Source: Candidatus Enterousia sp. | GTDB taxonomy: Bacteria > Pseudomonadota > Alphaproteobacteria > Rs-D84 | DNA length: 64,000 nucleotides | NCBI GenBank assembly: GCA_045648665.1 | Contig: JAZROL010000017.1 | Span: 4,616-68,615, forward strand | Reading direction: 5' to 3' | Part shown: positions 1 through 8,797 of the stretch, one piece after another | Numbering within the stretch: the stretch's first letter is position 1 | Layout of the letters: each line of letters begins with the position of its first letter | Notes under the pieces: model-generated | Databases searched by the model: none | Seen by the model: the letters and a program-made list of their open reading frames with translations, nothing else | What the model was told of the DNA's origin: nothing | Translations under genes and position numbers: made by a program

Positions 1-76
1 ACACAAAAAAACAACATTTGCGATAAATAAAGCATTTGATTTTTGGTTTGAAATATATATAATTCCACCCATACAC

Positions 77-167
77 GGAGATATGGCAGAGCTGGTTGAA
101 TGCGCGCGACTCGAAATCGCGTATAGTGGCAACACTATCGAGGGTTCGAATCCCCCTATCTCCGCCA
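77..167 (+). tRNA. tRNA-Ser (anticodon CGA), class II with long variable arm, CCA encoded
   Basis: Hand-folded cloverleaf: acceptor GGAGATA/TATCTCC, anticodon stem CGCGA/TCGCG with loop CTCGAAA, variable-arm hairpin TAGTG/CACTA, T-loop TTCGAAT, 3' GCCA. One A-C mismatch in the T stem. Confidence 0.85.
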
Positions 168-347
168 TAAAAATTAAATGACCTTTTGGTCATTTTATTT
201 TTATCACGAGCATAGTATTGGGATTAGAACCCGCAACGAAGTTGCTAGGTTCGACAATGAGTAGATTTCACAAATGTTAATGCAGTGAAATCGTCACGAA
301 TGCAACGCAGACACAAAGTGTCAAGTGAATCCCCCTATCTCCGCCAT
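148..347 (+). repeat. 21-nt perfect direct repeat of the tRNA-Ser 3' end (148-168 and 327-347) bracketing a ~160-bp non-coding element
   Basis: GAATCCCCCTATCTCCGCCAT occurs at both positions. The intervening DNA has a terminator-like hairpin (ATGACC tttt GGTCAT plus T-run) and motifs (CAACGAAGTTG, GGTTCGAC, AATGTTAATG) also seen in reverse orientation in the elements next to tRNA-Gln copies. Confidence 0.8.
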
Positions 348-513
348 CCGTCTTTGCCGCAGGCAAAGCCGCGATCAGCGGATTTGACGCGTTGCAAAAC
401 GGAATGCCGCGGGTGTGCAACAGCACAGCCGGGCAATTAAAGAACGGTCCTGGCGACCGATTTTTTATATACATGCACGTTTTTTTCGTGATCGACCCCC
501 GCAACGATTCCAG

Positions 514-541
514 AGAAAAATTCTCCCCCCGTGGGGGAGAA
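514..541 (-). terminator. rho-independent terminator of the 545-1873 gene
   Basis: 8-bp GC-rich stem TTCTCCCC/GGGGAGAA directly after the stop codon, followed on the minus strand by a T-run. Confidence 0.7.
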
Positions 542-544
542 CTA

Positions 545-1873
545 TTATTGTGCTGGGGTTGTGCGCAGACGCCACCCGCTGAAGATGTAACCTGTTCTTG
601 TTGGGTTGGTTGCAGGTAATGTAATCGGTTGATCGTATGTACATGTATTTGTTTCATACACCGTATCGCCCACACTGTACCAGGTCAGGTTGATTGTATT
701 TGGTGTGCATGTTGGATATTCGCCATATTCACCGAATACTGCGGCACGAGCATGCGTCCAATAAGATACCCTGCTAGCGCATGAATGTGCACAATAATCC
801 GCGCAATTATTCGCATTATCATATATAGTCCACCACACCCATCCGGTATTTGATGATGTGTCAACCGCGCTTTGTCCGGTTAATGTATATCCGGTCATTT
901 TGCACCAACAATTTGCACCGGTACTGTTTTGTGTAAATTGCGCGCTTGTATTAATATTAAATTCTTTATATATCAATGTTCCTGCTTCTTCAAATGTTAT
1001 ATCACCGGATTGATATTGGGTTAATATTTCCTGTAATCGCGTAAATTGTTCCGGTGTTGTGACCGAATATAATGCGGTCATCATTTGTTCCGCGGTAATG
1101 TTATTGTCTGCGAATTCTGTAATATAATATACGATATCATTACGCGTTGTATTACAACTGGATATACCGGATACGGTTGTGCCGTTTTTCCATTTGATTT
1201 CCCATGAACCGGCACTTAAAGGTGCCGCGTTATTGCCATCCGTTCGTGTTCCGGAATTGCTTTTTGCACGATAATAATTATCGTCATAATCTAAAACCTG
1301 AATATTTACGTAATCCGCCAATGCGCCCTTTGACGTTGCGGTATACCCGGTATCGCAAGATACAGTTGCCGCACATGCCAATGTATCATTTGGTATATAA
1401 ACATAATCATAATATTCCTTGGTCGTTGCGGATTGATTTGCGTATGTCACGGTCCCGTGTGGAACGGTTAATGGGTTTTGCACTGCACATGTACGGGTTA
1501 TGGTGTCATAACATAAGTTTTCGCGTGTTGCGCCGGCATCGGAATAATTACCACCGATATTTGATCCATTGCTACATGAAATTATACCAATACTGGCATC
1601 GGCAAAGGTTTCATTTGCAAATCCGGGACAGTATGAATTTGCCGGACATGTCACGTGTTGTGTTATTGTGCCATTAGTCGAATCGTATAACAAATAATAT
1701 CCAGGGTCTTCACTATATTGTGCGCCGGTCCATATTGCCTGAACACCCGCATTACCATTATTTGACGATTCGTTCAAAGTGCCGACCACGCACATCGATT
1801 CGTTATCGATATCCGCAAATGCAGGACACACCGTTACCATCGCAAGCATGGATATTGGCAATAGTTTTTTCAT
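545..1873 (-). CDS. secreted cysteine-rich protein with C-terminal InlB-B-repeat-like (Listeria-Bacteroides repeat) module
   Basis: N-terminal signal-like MKKLLPISMLAMVTVCPAFA, many Cys. C-terminus ...PTRTGYIFSGW resembles the GYxFxGW signature of Flg_new/InlB B repeats. Terminator downstream. Confidence 0.6.
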   Translation of the reverse strand: MKKLLPISMLAMVTVCPAFADIDNESMCVVGTLNESSNNGNAGVQAIWTGAQYSEDPGYYLLYDSTNGTITQHVTCPANSYCPGFANETFADASIGIISCSNGSNIGGNYSDAGATRENLCYDTITRTCAVQNPLTVPHGTVTYANQSATTKEYYDYVYIPNDTLACAATVSCDTGYTATSKGALADYVNIQVLDYDDNYYRAKSNSGTRTDGNNAAPLSAGSWEIKWKNGTTVSGISSCNTTRNDIVYYITEFADNNITAEQMMTALYSVTTPEQFTRLQEILTQYQSGDITFEEAGTLIYKEFNINTSAQFTQNSTGANCWCKMTGYTLTGQSAVDTSSNTGWVWWTIYDNANNCADYCAHSCASRVSYWTHARAAVFGEYGEYPTCTPNTINLTWYSVGDTVYETNTCTYDQPITLPATNPTRTGYIFSGWRLRTTPAQ

Positions 1874-2164
1874 GGGTTCTCCTTTCTATTTTTCTTTTTG
1901 TCCGCGACGGGAACAAAAAACTACACCGCCAAGAAAAAATCAGGCGGCCGGGGAGTTAGAAAATCAGCATACTTTTGACTCCGTGGTTTTCGGGTTTAAC
2001 CCTGTTATATGACACACAGCCCCCCGACACTACCGAATAGTCAGGGAATACACGATGCATTTGCACCGCGAGTATGCTGAGGCCATCTAAAGCCCCGAAC
2101 CCGTTTTTCTTTGGGTTCAATTCAACCTTAGCAAAAAAGAAATATTTAACGCAAGTGGAAAAAT

Positions 2165-2884
2165 TTATCTTGCACGCGAAAGCGCCCTTAACAAATCATT
2201 TCTGTAAAATTCAGCCATTTGTGAACTGTTCGATTGGGTCACAAAAATGTGATTTTCGCCGTCCGGAGTTTTTATCGCCGCGCCCACAATTTTTCCGCCC
2301 GGCGCAACATACACAAATTTAGGCGAATATGGATTTTTAACAAACAAAGATTTATCAATATCAACCGCTGTTTCTAACTTATTGAATTTACGCCAATTAA
2401 ATACAGGAACCGTCCCAATTAAACCGCCAGTTAATTTCTTTTCATAACTACGTTGATTCGAACCAGTATACCCGCGGGATTCATAAAAACCAGTTGCCCC
2501 GTTCAATGATACCACACTCATATTATTTACAATTAATTGCGCAGCGCGTTCGGATCGATGTAATAAAATTTTACCTATGCCAAATCCATTGTATTCAGGG
2601 TAAACATACAAATTATGCAAATACATATGTGTTTTATCTTCCAAATATCCACTGGCAAAACCGACCATTTGTTCATCGTAATATGCTGCAAAAGCAAAAT
2701 TATATTTGTATTTTTTCCAATCTTGGATGTGGCTTTGTAAAATGCGCGCCCTGTCCGTATCATCAACGTGATAGTTGTATTTGACAGAATCACACTTCAT
2801 TTCTATATCTGCAAAAAAAGCCCAAGTCCGCGCATCTGCGGTTTGATTAAAAATCGGCGAAAAACTTAATCTAGATTTGTCCAT
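2165..2884 (-). CDS. GNAT-family N-acetyltransferase with uncharacterised C-terminal extension
   Basis: Motif-A-like segment YVYPEYNGFGIGKILLHRSE and the surrounding beta-strand pattern typical of GNAT. The last ~90 aa are unassigned. Confidence 0.6.
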   Translation of the reverse strand: MDKSRLSFSPIFNQTADARTWAFFADIEMKCDSVKYNYHVDDTDRARILQSHIQDWKKYKYNFAFAAYYDEQMVGFASGYLEDKTHMYLHNLYVYPEYNGFGIGKILLHRSERAAQLIVNNMSVVSLNGATGFYESRGYTGSNQRSYEKKLTGGLIGTVPVFNWRKFNKLETAVDIDKSLFVKNPYSPKFVYVAPGGKIVGAAIKTPDGENHIFVTQSNSSQMAEFYRNDLLRALSRAR

Positions 2885-2972
2885 TTGTGATTTACACCCC
2901 TATACATTATAAATATAGACCATATTTTGTTTTTGTCAATACCACAGCTTAAAAAACCACAAAATTTGCAAT

Positions 2973-3761
2973 GTGGAAAAAAAATTGATAAAATTCCCTA
3001 TCATGTCAAAAAGATTTAGAAAAATTTGGAAAAAATTTTGGACCCCTATTCTGCATAATCCAGTTATACAATGGACACTGGCGGTGATTCTGGCGGGCGC
3101 AACTTGGTTTATATTTTTGACATCTAAACGAAAATTTACAAACACTGAATCTTTGCATCAATATCGTAAAAAACCGGCGGTTTTTGTGTTTTTTCATGGA
3201 CGTTGTTCAATGTTATCACCGGTTATTAAATCCGCACGCATTCCGGGTTTTTGTGTTTCTTCCCGTCACAAAGACGGCCGTATGATGGCACGATTGCAAC
3301 GATTATTCGGCCTGCGCGCGATTTATGGTTCCACATCTGACGGCGCGGTCGCTGTTTTACGTGAAGGCGTTCGTGTTATGCGCGAAACGAATTATTCTAT
3401 GTGTGTTCCTGTTGATGGGCCATCGGGGCCGTCTATGCGGGTTCAAGACGGCGCATTATATTTTGCACGTATGACGGGCGCGCCTATTATTCCATGCTGT
3501 TTTTCTGCGTCACGTGGATTTTTTCTCAATCGTTGGGACAAATTTTTAATTCCAAAACCATTTGGCACTATAACTTGTCGAATTGGCGAACCTATATACA
3601 TAGACGCTAAATTAAAAGGTGATGAATTTGAAAAAAAGCGCGCCGAAATAGAAGAAATTATGGTTAAACAATTACGCGAAATGGACGCTGAATTTAATTT
3701 ACCTGAAATAGAACGTGGCATTCACGCAACTGAATATAAAAAACAATTGCATAAAAAATAA
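2973..3761 (+). CDS. DUF374 / lysophospholipid-acyltransferase-like protein
   Basis: N-terminal TM followed by FFHGR...SRHKDGRMMARLQRLFGLRAIYGSTSDGAVAVLREG...VDGPSGP, characteristic of DUF374. The start may be the downstream Met at 3003. Confidence 0.65.
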   Translation: MEKKLIKFPIMSKRFRKIWKKFWTPILHNPVIQWTLAVILAGATWFIFLTSKRKFTNTESLHQYRKKPAVFVFFHGRCSMLSPVIKSARIPGFCVSSRHKDGRMMARLQRLFGLRAIYGSTSDGAVAVLREGVRVMRETNYSMCVPVDGPSGPSMRVQDGALYFARMTGAPIIPCCFSASRGFFLNRWDKFLIPKPFGTITCRIGEPIYIDAKLKGDEFEKKRAEIEEIMVKQLREMDAEFNLPEIERGIHATEYKKQLHKK

Positions 3762-3766
3762 AATTG

Positions 3767-4060
3767 CTTAGGGCAGCTGACGGATGATCCTGCTGGATTG
3801 GCTCGCTCGACACTTCGTGTCGGCTGCGCGGCATTCGTTAGCACTCGAACCTCGCGTGGCTCGTTTTCGCTTACCCATAGTCGAACCAAAACAACTTCGT
3901 TGAATTGTCAAACCATCGCCACAGAACCAAAAATTCAACTCGTCATTGGACGGGTTGAATTTTTGGTTGTGCTATATGTGCAATTCGCGAGCCAATTTAC
4001 AGGAACTCTTATTCCTCGGTCAGGAAATTGAACAAGCGAAAGATAAATTAAATTTATCTG
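3767..4060 (+). repeat. B-type repeat element, copy 1 (degenerate tRNA-Gln-3'-end-like start, long hairpin, conserved tail)
   Basis: Aligns by eye with 8554-8795 (GGGCAGCTG..GGATT.GCTCGC.CGACAC....GTGTCGGCTGCGCGGCA.TCG ... CAGAACCAAAAATT.AAC...GGGTTGAATTTTTGGTTG.GCTAT.TGTGCAATTCGCGA.CC). Hairpin arms at 3925-3939 / 3954-3968. Confidence 0.75.
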
Positions 4061-4238
4061 GGTTGTATTAAATAACTTAGGGGCAGAACAACGAATATTT
4101 TTACACAAAAACAAGATTTTTCAAGTTGTTTATTTTCTAAAAATGAAAAAATATATAATGACAGCACATTTATTATAGCCAACAATGGTTAGTGAAACAA
4201 TCGTATGTTTCACAAGCTTTTTAACAAAAGGACGCGCT

Positions 4239-4487
4239 ATGGCAAAATATACAACAACAATAACAAACCCAAATATAAAAAATATAAAATATTTGTTTGA
4301 CCATCCAGATTCACAACCTGGTGATGTAGAACCGTGTGCTGGTACAGATACGGACGAACCAAGCTGTGGTATCGCGATAATGGATACTGACGGTGAATGG
4401 ATTGAAGTAAAAAAGAGAAATAAAATACCATATGGTATGTTTTTGAGATGTGCCACAAATGATGCTTACTATCGTCATATACGTTAA
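4239..4487 (+). CDS. hypothetical small protein (82 aa)
   Basis: ORF followed by a strong terminator. Start chosen at the internal Met (MAKYTTT...) of ORF 4185-4487. No recognisable domain. Confidence 0.4.
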   Translation: MAKYTTTITNPNIKNIKYLFDHPDSQPGDVEPCAGTDTDEPSCGIAIMDTDGEWIEVKKRNKIPYGMFLRCATNDAYYRHIR

Positions 4488-4499
4488 TCATTTTTTACC

Positions 4500-4540
4500 A
4501 AACATAGATTGTTGTTCAAAACCAACAATCTATGTTTTTA
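4500..4540 (+). terminator. rho-independent terminator
   Basis: Perfect 15-bp stem AAACATAGATTGTTG / CAACAATCTATGTTT with 8-nt loop, running into a T-run. Confidence 0.75.
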
Positions 4541-4566
4541 ATAATAGCGTAAGTAAAAAATAACAT

Positions 4567-5817
4567 ATGAATACAAAAATATATTATTTATCAAATGGTA
4601 TTCCGGTCGTTGTCTGCGATGCCATGTTCCATACAAACAAAATATTAATCAGTTTAAATTTTGGGGCATATGATGAAGCCCCCCAAGAATACGGTATTAC
4701 GCATTTTATTGAACATTTATTGGGACAAAGTGTCACAGGTGACCCCAGTTTCAGACATTTAAAACAAATGTTAGAAGTATTAGGCGGGTACATAAATTTA
4801 TATACCGATTATGAAAAAATCGGTTGTTTTGTGAAAGTGTTACCGGAACATTTGATTAGCGTTATAAAAATTCTCGGTTCACAAATAACAAATCCTGTAT
4901 TTGATGCTACAAGAATAGAACAAGAAAAAAAAATTATATTAGATGAGTACAGAAGAGCAGCAAATAATTCTTCTTGGGCACTTTTAAAATATAATAGTTT
5001 GTTTAAAAATACTGGTTTGGGACATTGTGTACTGGGGACGCCAGAAACTATCCAATCTTTTACATCGGACGGTTTAAAAAAATATTATTTTTCACATTTG
5101 TCAAACGATAAAATTAATATAGTTTTTGTTGGTCGGGTGCCTGATAGGCATAAATTATTGTCAGAGTTAGAAAGTGTTTTTGGTAAAATACCATTTGTGT
5201 CGTATAGGCGTGATTTTTTACCGGTTCAACAAATAATAAAAAATGATTTAAAGCCTGATGCGAAAAATGTAAAATTGGCTTTGGCTTTCGATGCAAAAAT
5301 ATCGTATGACCGTCTAAATCAAATCGCTATTGGTATATTTCGAAAAATATTGCAAGACAGGTTGATGAATGCTTTGCGTTATGAAAACGGCTTGGTATAT
5401 TCAATACAATGTTTGACAATGGGAATACATGGTGCAAAATTATACACAATAGAAACAGAAACTTTGCCTCAAGATATAGAAAGTGTTACCAGGTTTATCG
5501 CAACAGTTTGTTACGATGTTATAAATACACATCCTGTAACCACGAAAGAGTTGGAAATTGCAAAAAATGTTATAAAGTTCCAATCCGCTTGTATAATTGA
5601 TTCTATTGATAAAAGTTGTGATTTGTATTCGAAATACGTATTGCATTATAACAGTGTGTTCAATATTGAACAGGAAACACAAATATTGAACAAGATACAA
5701 TTGTCAGATATAAACAATATAGCAAAACAATTTTTTAATACCAATGTTTCCATTGTAAGCCAAGGACCAGATTTTGATTGCGATGTCATGAAAATATGGA
5801 GAGAGTTTTTTCAATAA
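4567..5817 (+). CDS. M16 (pitrilysin/insulinase) family zinc peptidase
   Basis: HxxEH zinc motif in GITHFIEHLLGQS near the N-terminus. Length and two-lobe layout fit M16. Confidence 0.8.
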   Translation: MNTKIYYLSNGIPVVVCDAMFHTNKILISLNFGAYDEAPQEYGITHFIEHLLGQSVTGDPSFRHLKQMLEVLGGYINLYTDYEKIGCFVKVLPEHLISVIKILGSQITNPVFDATRIEQEKKIILDEYRRAANNSSWALLKYNSLFKNTGLGHCVLGTPETIQSFTSDGLKKYYFSHLSNDKINIVFVGRVPDRHKLLSELESVFGKIPFVSYRRDFLPVQQIIKNDLKPDAKNVKLALAFDAKISYDRLNQIAIGIFRKILQDRLMNALRYENGLVYSIQCLTMGIHGAKLYTIETETLPQDIESVTRFIATVCYDVINTHPVTTKELEIAKNVIKFQSACIIDSIDKSCDLYSKYVLHYNSVFNIEQETQILNKIQLSDINNIAKQFFNTNVSIVSQGPDFDCDVMKIWREFFQ

Positions 5818-5837
5818 TCACAAATTTATATCAAGAA

Positions 5838-6122
5838 AGTTCGAAAATACTAACATTTTGACATTTTCTAAAACCTAACTCTCGAACTTTGTGAAAGTAT
5901 TAGAAAACAAATAAAAAACCGCTCTGGAATGAACGGTTGTCTATCTTGGTTGGGGCAGCTGGATTGTAATTCCCACTCATTAACATTCGTGGGCCCCTTT
6001 CACTGCGCTGCGCTTCGTCCCGAACCAAACAACTTCGTTGTATAGTCGAACCATCGCCACAGAACCAAAAATTAAACCCGCTTTGTGCGGGTTGAATTTT
6101 TGGTTGGGGTGTGCGGGCGAAA
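5838..6122 (+). repeat. inter-cassette repeat: M module, terminator copy, tRNA-Gln 3'-end copy, B-type element copy 2 and a G-site
   Basis: M inner inverted repeat AGTTCGAAAA...CTCTCGAACT (5838-5888). 5918-5965 matches the tRNA-Gln terminator plus 3' end at 11208-11261 (23 nt identical at 5943-5965). 18-bp hairpin 6063-6080/6088-6105. GGTTGGGGTGTGCGGGCGAAA at 6102-6122. Confidence 0.8.
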
Positions 6123-6128
6123 CGCGAG

Positions 6129-6157
6129 TTGTTATTGTGCTGTTTTTGTGATATAAT
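6129..6157 (+). promoter_or_regulatory. sigma70-like promoter inside cassette E1
   Basis: TTGTTA, 17-nt spacer, TATAAT with TG extension (tgaTATAAT). GGAGAGAG ribosome-binding site precedes the ATG at 6181. Confidence 0.55.
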
Positions 6158-6180
6158 ATCCACAAATATGGAGAGAGAAA

Positions 6181-6585
6181 ATGAAAAAAATAATAATTGT
6201 TCTTGTCAGTTGTTTTATATGTAATCCTATGTTTGCCGGTGCACTTAGTGATGCTATAAAAAAATTAGAAGAATCTGGTACTGGACAAGAATGTAGAGAA
6301 TTGAAAAATAAAATTAAAGATTTGAATAATCAATTAAACGTTGTTGAAGCCGAATACGAAACTAAATGTGTTATTGATGGTACGGGTGACATAGATACAC
6401 AAACGGATTCTGAATATGATGCTTCTGAACCAACCGAAGTTAAATGTGATGACGGTTCTGTTCCTGATATAAATGGATGTTGTACGGACGAAATTTACAC
6501 AGATATGGGACGCGAAGGTTTTAACTGTTGTCCGAAAAATGGTGGCGACTGTTTTTCTCCAATAAAAATAAATACGCAAAAATAG
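6181..6585 (+). CDS. small secreted coiled-coil / Cys-rich protein (134 aa)
   Basis: Signal-like MKKIIIVLVSCFICNPMFAGA, strong RBS and promoter. C-terminal CDDGSVPDINGCCTDE...FNCCPKNGGDC. Confidence 0.6.
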   Translation: MKKIIIVLVSCFICNPMFAGALSDAIKKLEESGTGQECRELKNKIKDLNNQLNVVEAEYETKCVIDGTGDIDTQTDSEYDASEPTEVKCDDGSVPDINGCCTDEIYTDMGREGFNCCPKNGGDCFSPIKINTQK

Positions 6586-6615
6586 TAAGTTATATATTCG
6601 TTTAATTATAACCTT

Positions 6616-6825
6616 TTTGCCCGCACACCCCAACCATTTTGAATAAAAAGACTATTCTTAGCAATGTTTGATTGGTTTTATAAGATTATTGCTAGTTCGA
6701 AAGTGTCAGCAAGAACATAAAATTTCAAAATCAGACTTTCGAACTCGCCAAACCCTTATGTTTCAAACAAAAAAATGCCCCGAAGGACATTTTGTTAACT
6801 TTGGTTGTGGTGTGTGGGCGAAACG
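6616..6825 (+). repeat. inter-cassette structured repeat (C-site, conserved linker, M module, G-site)
   Basis: TTTGCCCGCACACCCCAACC (6616-6635), AYTTTGAATAAAAAGAC linker, M inner IR AGTTCGAAAGT/ACTTTCGAACT (6694-6745), GGTTGTGGTGTGTGGGCGAAACG (6803-6825). Confidence 0.8.
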
Positions 6826-6890
6826 CAAGCTGAACAATTTGACTTTATAATAAAAATAATGATACACTTGAAATATACAAGGGTGAAAGT

Positions 6891-7499
6891 ATGGTTAAAT
6901 TTATTAAAACTTATGCATTGGAAATTTTTACAGTAATATCTATGGCGATGTTGCTGGTTGGTGGATTGATTGGTGATTTGTCAGTTATTCAAAAATTTAC
7001 TTTGGTTTATATATTTTTATTTGTTCTGCATGAATGGGAAGAAATGAAATATCCCGGTGGCTTTGCAGATTCTATTGCAAAAATGTTGGGTATAAAATTA
7101 AACAATGATATGAAACGTGCCAGTCGTATTCCAACCAGTATATTATTGCTAACATTTACTATTACACCGTTTGTTTTGCATGAATATCCAATAACAATAT
7201 TACCAATTGCATGGCTGGGATTGTTTGAAGGTTTTGTTCATATATTTACAATCCGTTTGTTTAAATACCCAAGATTTTATTCTCCTGGGTTTGTAACTGC
7301 AGAAATACAGGCTGTATTTACGATATTTGTTTTTACATATTTTGTAAGAAATGATATTGTATCATGTGGTGAATTTTTGATTGGTTTTATGGTTATGTTT
7401 GTGTGCTTTGTAATTATGCAAAAGAGCCTGACAGCAATGATAGGGTATAAATACAGCAATGTTTTCAAAGTAATAAAAAAACAATTTGCTAAGAAATAA
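6891..7499 (+). CDS. HXXEE-domain integral membrane protein
   Basis: Multi-TM protein with LHEWEEM motif in the second helix, as in the HXXEE domain family. Confidence 0.6.
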   Translation: MVKFIKTYALEIFTVISMAMLLVGGLIGDLSVIQKFTLVYIFLFVLHEWEEMKYPGGFADSIAKMLGIKLNNDMKRASRIPTSILLLTFTITPFVLHEYPITILPIAWLGLFEGFVHIFTIRLFKYPRFYSPGFVTAEIQAVFTIFVFTYFVRNDIVSCGEFLIGFMVMFVCFVIMQKSLTAMIGYKYSNVFKVIKKQFAKK

Positions 7500-7502
7500 T
7501 TG

Positions 7503-7692
7503 TTTCGCCCACACACCCCAACCACTTTGAATAAAAAGACCTGTTAGAGCAGTTTTTTATTAGTTTTATAATATTATTGCTGGTTCGAATGTTTTTAAAG
7601 TGTTATAAGCAGTTCGAAAGTGTGGATAAAGAGATAATTTTTCTAAAAATTACTTTCGAACTCGGTGAAAGTATTGCAAAACAAAAGAAAAA
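7503..7692 (+). repeat. inter-cassette structured repeat (C-site, linker, M module)
   Basis: TTTCGCCCACACACCCCAACC (7503-7523), the same AYTTTGAATAAAAAGAC linker as at 6636, M inner IR 7611-7662, tail CGGTGAAAGTATTGCAAAACAAAAGAAAA. Confidence 0.8.
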
Positions 7693-7698
7693 ATGATT

Positions 7699-8403
7699 TT
7701 ATTCATATTTCTTCAACAAATCTTTCCACGCCTGTGGCGCATCCACTTCATCAAAGTAAGCGCTTAAAAAACTAACCAAGGTTTGATGTTTTTCCTCTGC
7801 ATATTTGCGTCCTGGTTCTGTTAAGCACATATCGCGCAAATGAAAAATTTTAACAAAAAAGTGATTTACGCACGGATCGACTTTTGATTTTCTATACTTT
7901 TCGGCATCCATTTCTTCTGGAAAACAATCTGGATCAAAGAAAGGTTGACCGGTTCCAGAACGATATTCTATGCACCGTAACATACCCGTACATCCAGATG
8001 CATCACACATATCGGCATCGGATACAATGGCACCTTCAATGCCATATGCAGCAATACCCTTTAACCGTTTACTGTATCCAATAGTTTTTACAATATTGAT
8101 ACATTTTTCGCAGAATTCGGCATCAAATCCAGAACCAGACAATATGCGCTTTGTATTGATCATCAGCCGTTCAGATTCTTCACCAAACAGTTTATAATCA
8201 TCACAATCATGTAATAATGCAGCCGCCGCCACCAAATCACGATTAGCAGATGGAATTTCATCACAAATTTTCATTGCCGTATTATAAACGCGAAACACAT
8301 GTTTGTCATCATGCCCGTTAGAGTTATTTTTAAGTAATTCAATCACTGCGTTTTTTATATATTCAACACCTGTCATACAGACACCTTTATCGTTGTACAG
8401 CAT
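7699..8403 (-). CDS. HD-domain metal-dependent phosphohydrolase
   Basis: H...HD signature: DDKHVFRV ... AAALLHDCDDYK. The start may be the Met at 8376. Confidence 0.7.
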   Translation of the reverse strand: MLYNDKGVCMTGVEYIKNAVIELLKNNSNGHDDKHVFRVYNTAMKICDEIPSANRDLVAAAALLHDCDDYKLFGEESERLMINTKRILSGSGFDAEFCEKCINIVKTIGYSKRLKGIAAYGIEGAIVSDADMCDASGCTGMLRCIEYRSGTGQPFFDPDCFPEEMDAEKYRKSKVDPCVNHFFVKIFHLRDMCLTEPGRKYAEEKHQTLVSFLSAYFDEVDAPQAWKDLLKKYE

Positions 8404-8444
8404 ACTATCATAAAAAATTATATATGTCTAATTGTTATTAAAAA

Positions 8445-8795
8445 AGTTCGAAAGTGGTGAAAAATTGCCACTTTTTTAATTTCAACTTTCGAACTCGGTG
8501 AAAGTATTAGAAAACAAAAGAAAACCTGCCTTGATGGGCAAGTTTTGAAACTATGGTTGGGGCAGCTGGATTCGCTCGCACGACACATAGTGTCGGCTGC
8601 GCGGCAATCGTGACGATTGTGGTGCGTTTCACTTCCACAATCTACTGCTTGTCGAACCTTTGGTTCTCATCTCATTACCCCAGAACCAAAAATTAAACCC
8701 GTCTGATGACGGGTTGAATTTTTGGTTGGGCTATCTGTGCAATTCGCGAACCGAATTGGTTAAGATTGGGCAAGAGATTGATGAGCGGAAAGATA
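8445..8795 (+). repeat. inter-cassette repeat: M module, hairpin, tRNA-Gln 3'-end copy and B-type element copy 3
   Basis: M inner IR 8445-8495. 21 nt identical to the tRNA-Gln 3' end at 8554-8574 (TGGTTGGGGCAGCTGGATTCG). 18-bp hairpin 8684-8701/8710-8727. The tail aligns with 3961-4050. Confidence 0.8.
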
Positions 8796-8797
8796 TA

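Noticed and set aside
277-675. ORFs 277-675 (-) and 392-619 (+) downstream of tRNA-Ser
   Set aside because: They overlap each other, the duplicated tRNA 3' end, two hairpins and the terminator of the 545-1873 gene. There is no RBS, and the composition is atypical only because the DNA is GC-rich non-coding sequence.
1874-2164. Possible riboswitch or small RNA in the GC-richer leader upstream of 545-1873
   Set aside because: It contains hairpins, but I could not match it to any consensus I know (SRP, RNase P, 6S, tmRNA, c-di-GMP, TPP). It is left unannotated pending a covariance-model scan.
3798-4031. Small ORFs inside B-type repeat elements (3798-4031, 5900-6163, 5980-6165, 6668-6850)
   Set aside because: The homologous repeat copies do not preserve any reading frame and differ by indels. 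The conserved parts are hairpins and tRNA-end copies, so these are treated as non-coding repeats.
4130-4456. 108-aa minus-strand ORF overlapping 4185-4487
   Set aside because: The plus-strand ORF is followed by a perfect 15-bp-stem terminator and the minus-strand ORF has no signals. Even the plus-strand call is low confidence.
5948-5965. GGGGCAGCTGGATTCG as a tmRNA-like 5' end (also at 8558)
   Set aside because: The string is simply the reverse complement of the tRNA-Gln T-arm/acceptor 3' end. There is no tag reading frame or tRNA-like 3' partner nearby.
6616-6825. Calling the cassette array a classical integron
   Set aside because: No intI gene, attI or Pc is visible. The core is GGTTGGGG/CCCCAACC, one base longer than GTTRRRY/RYYYAAC. 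The sites are ~200 bp, and covariation runs across ORFs rather than within one attC. The resemblance is noted, but the integron label is not supported.
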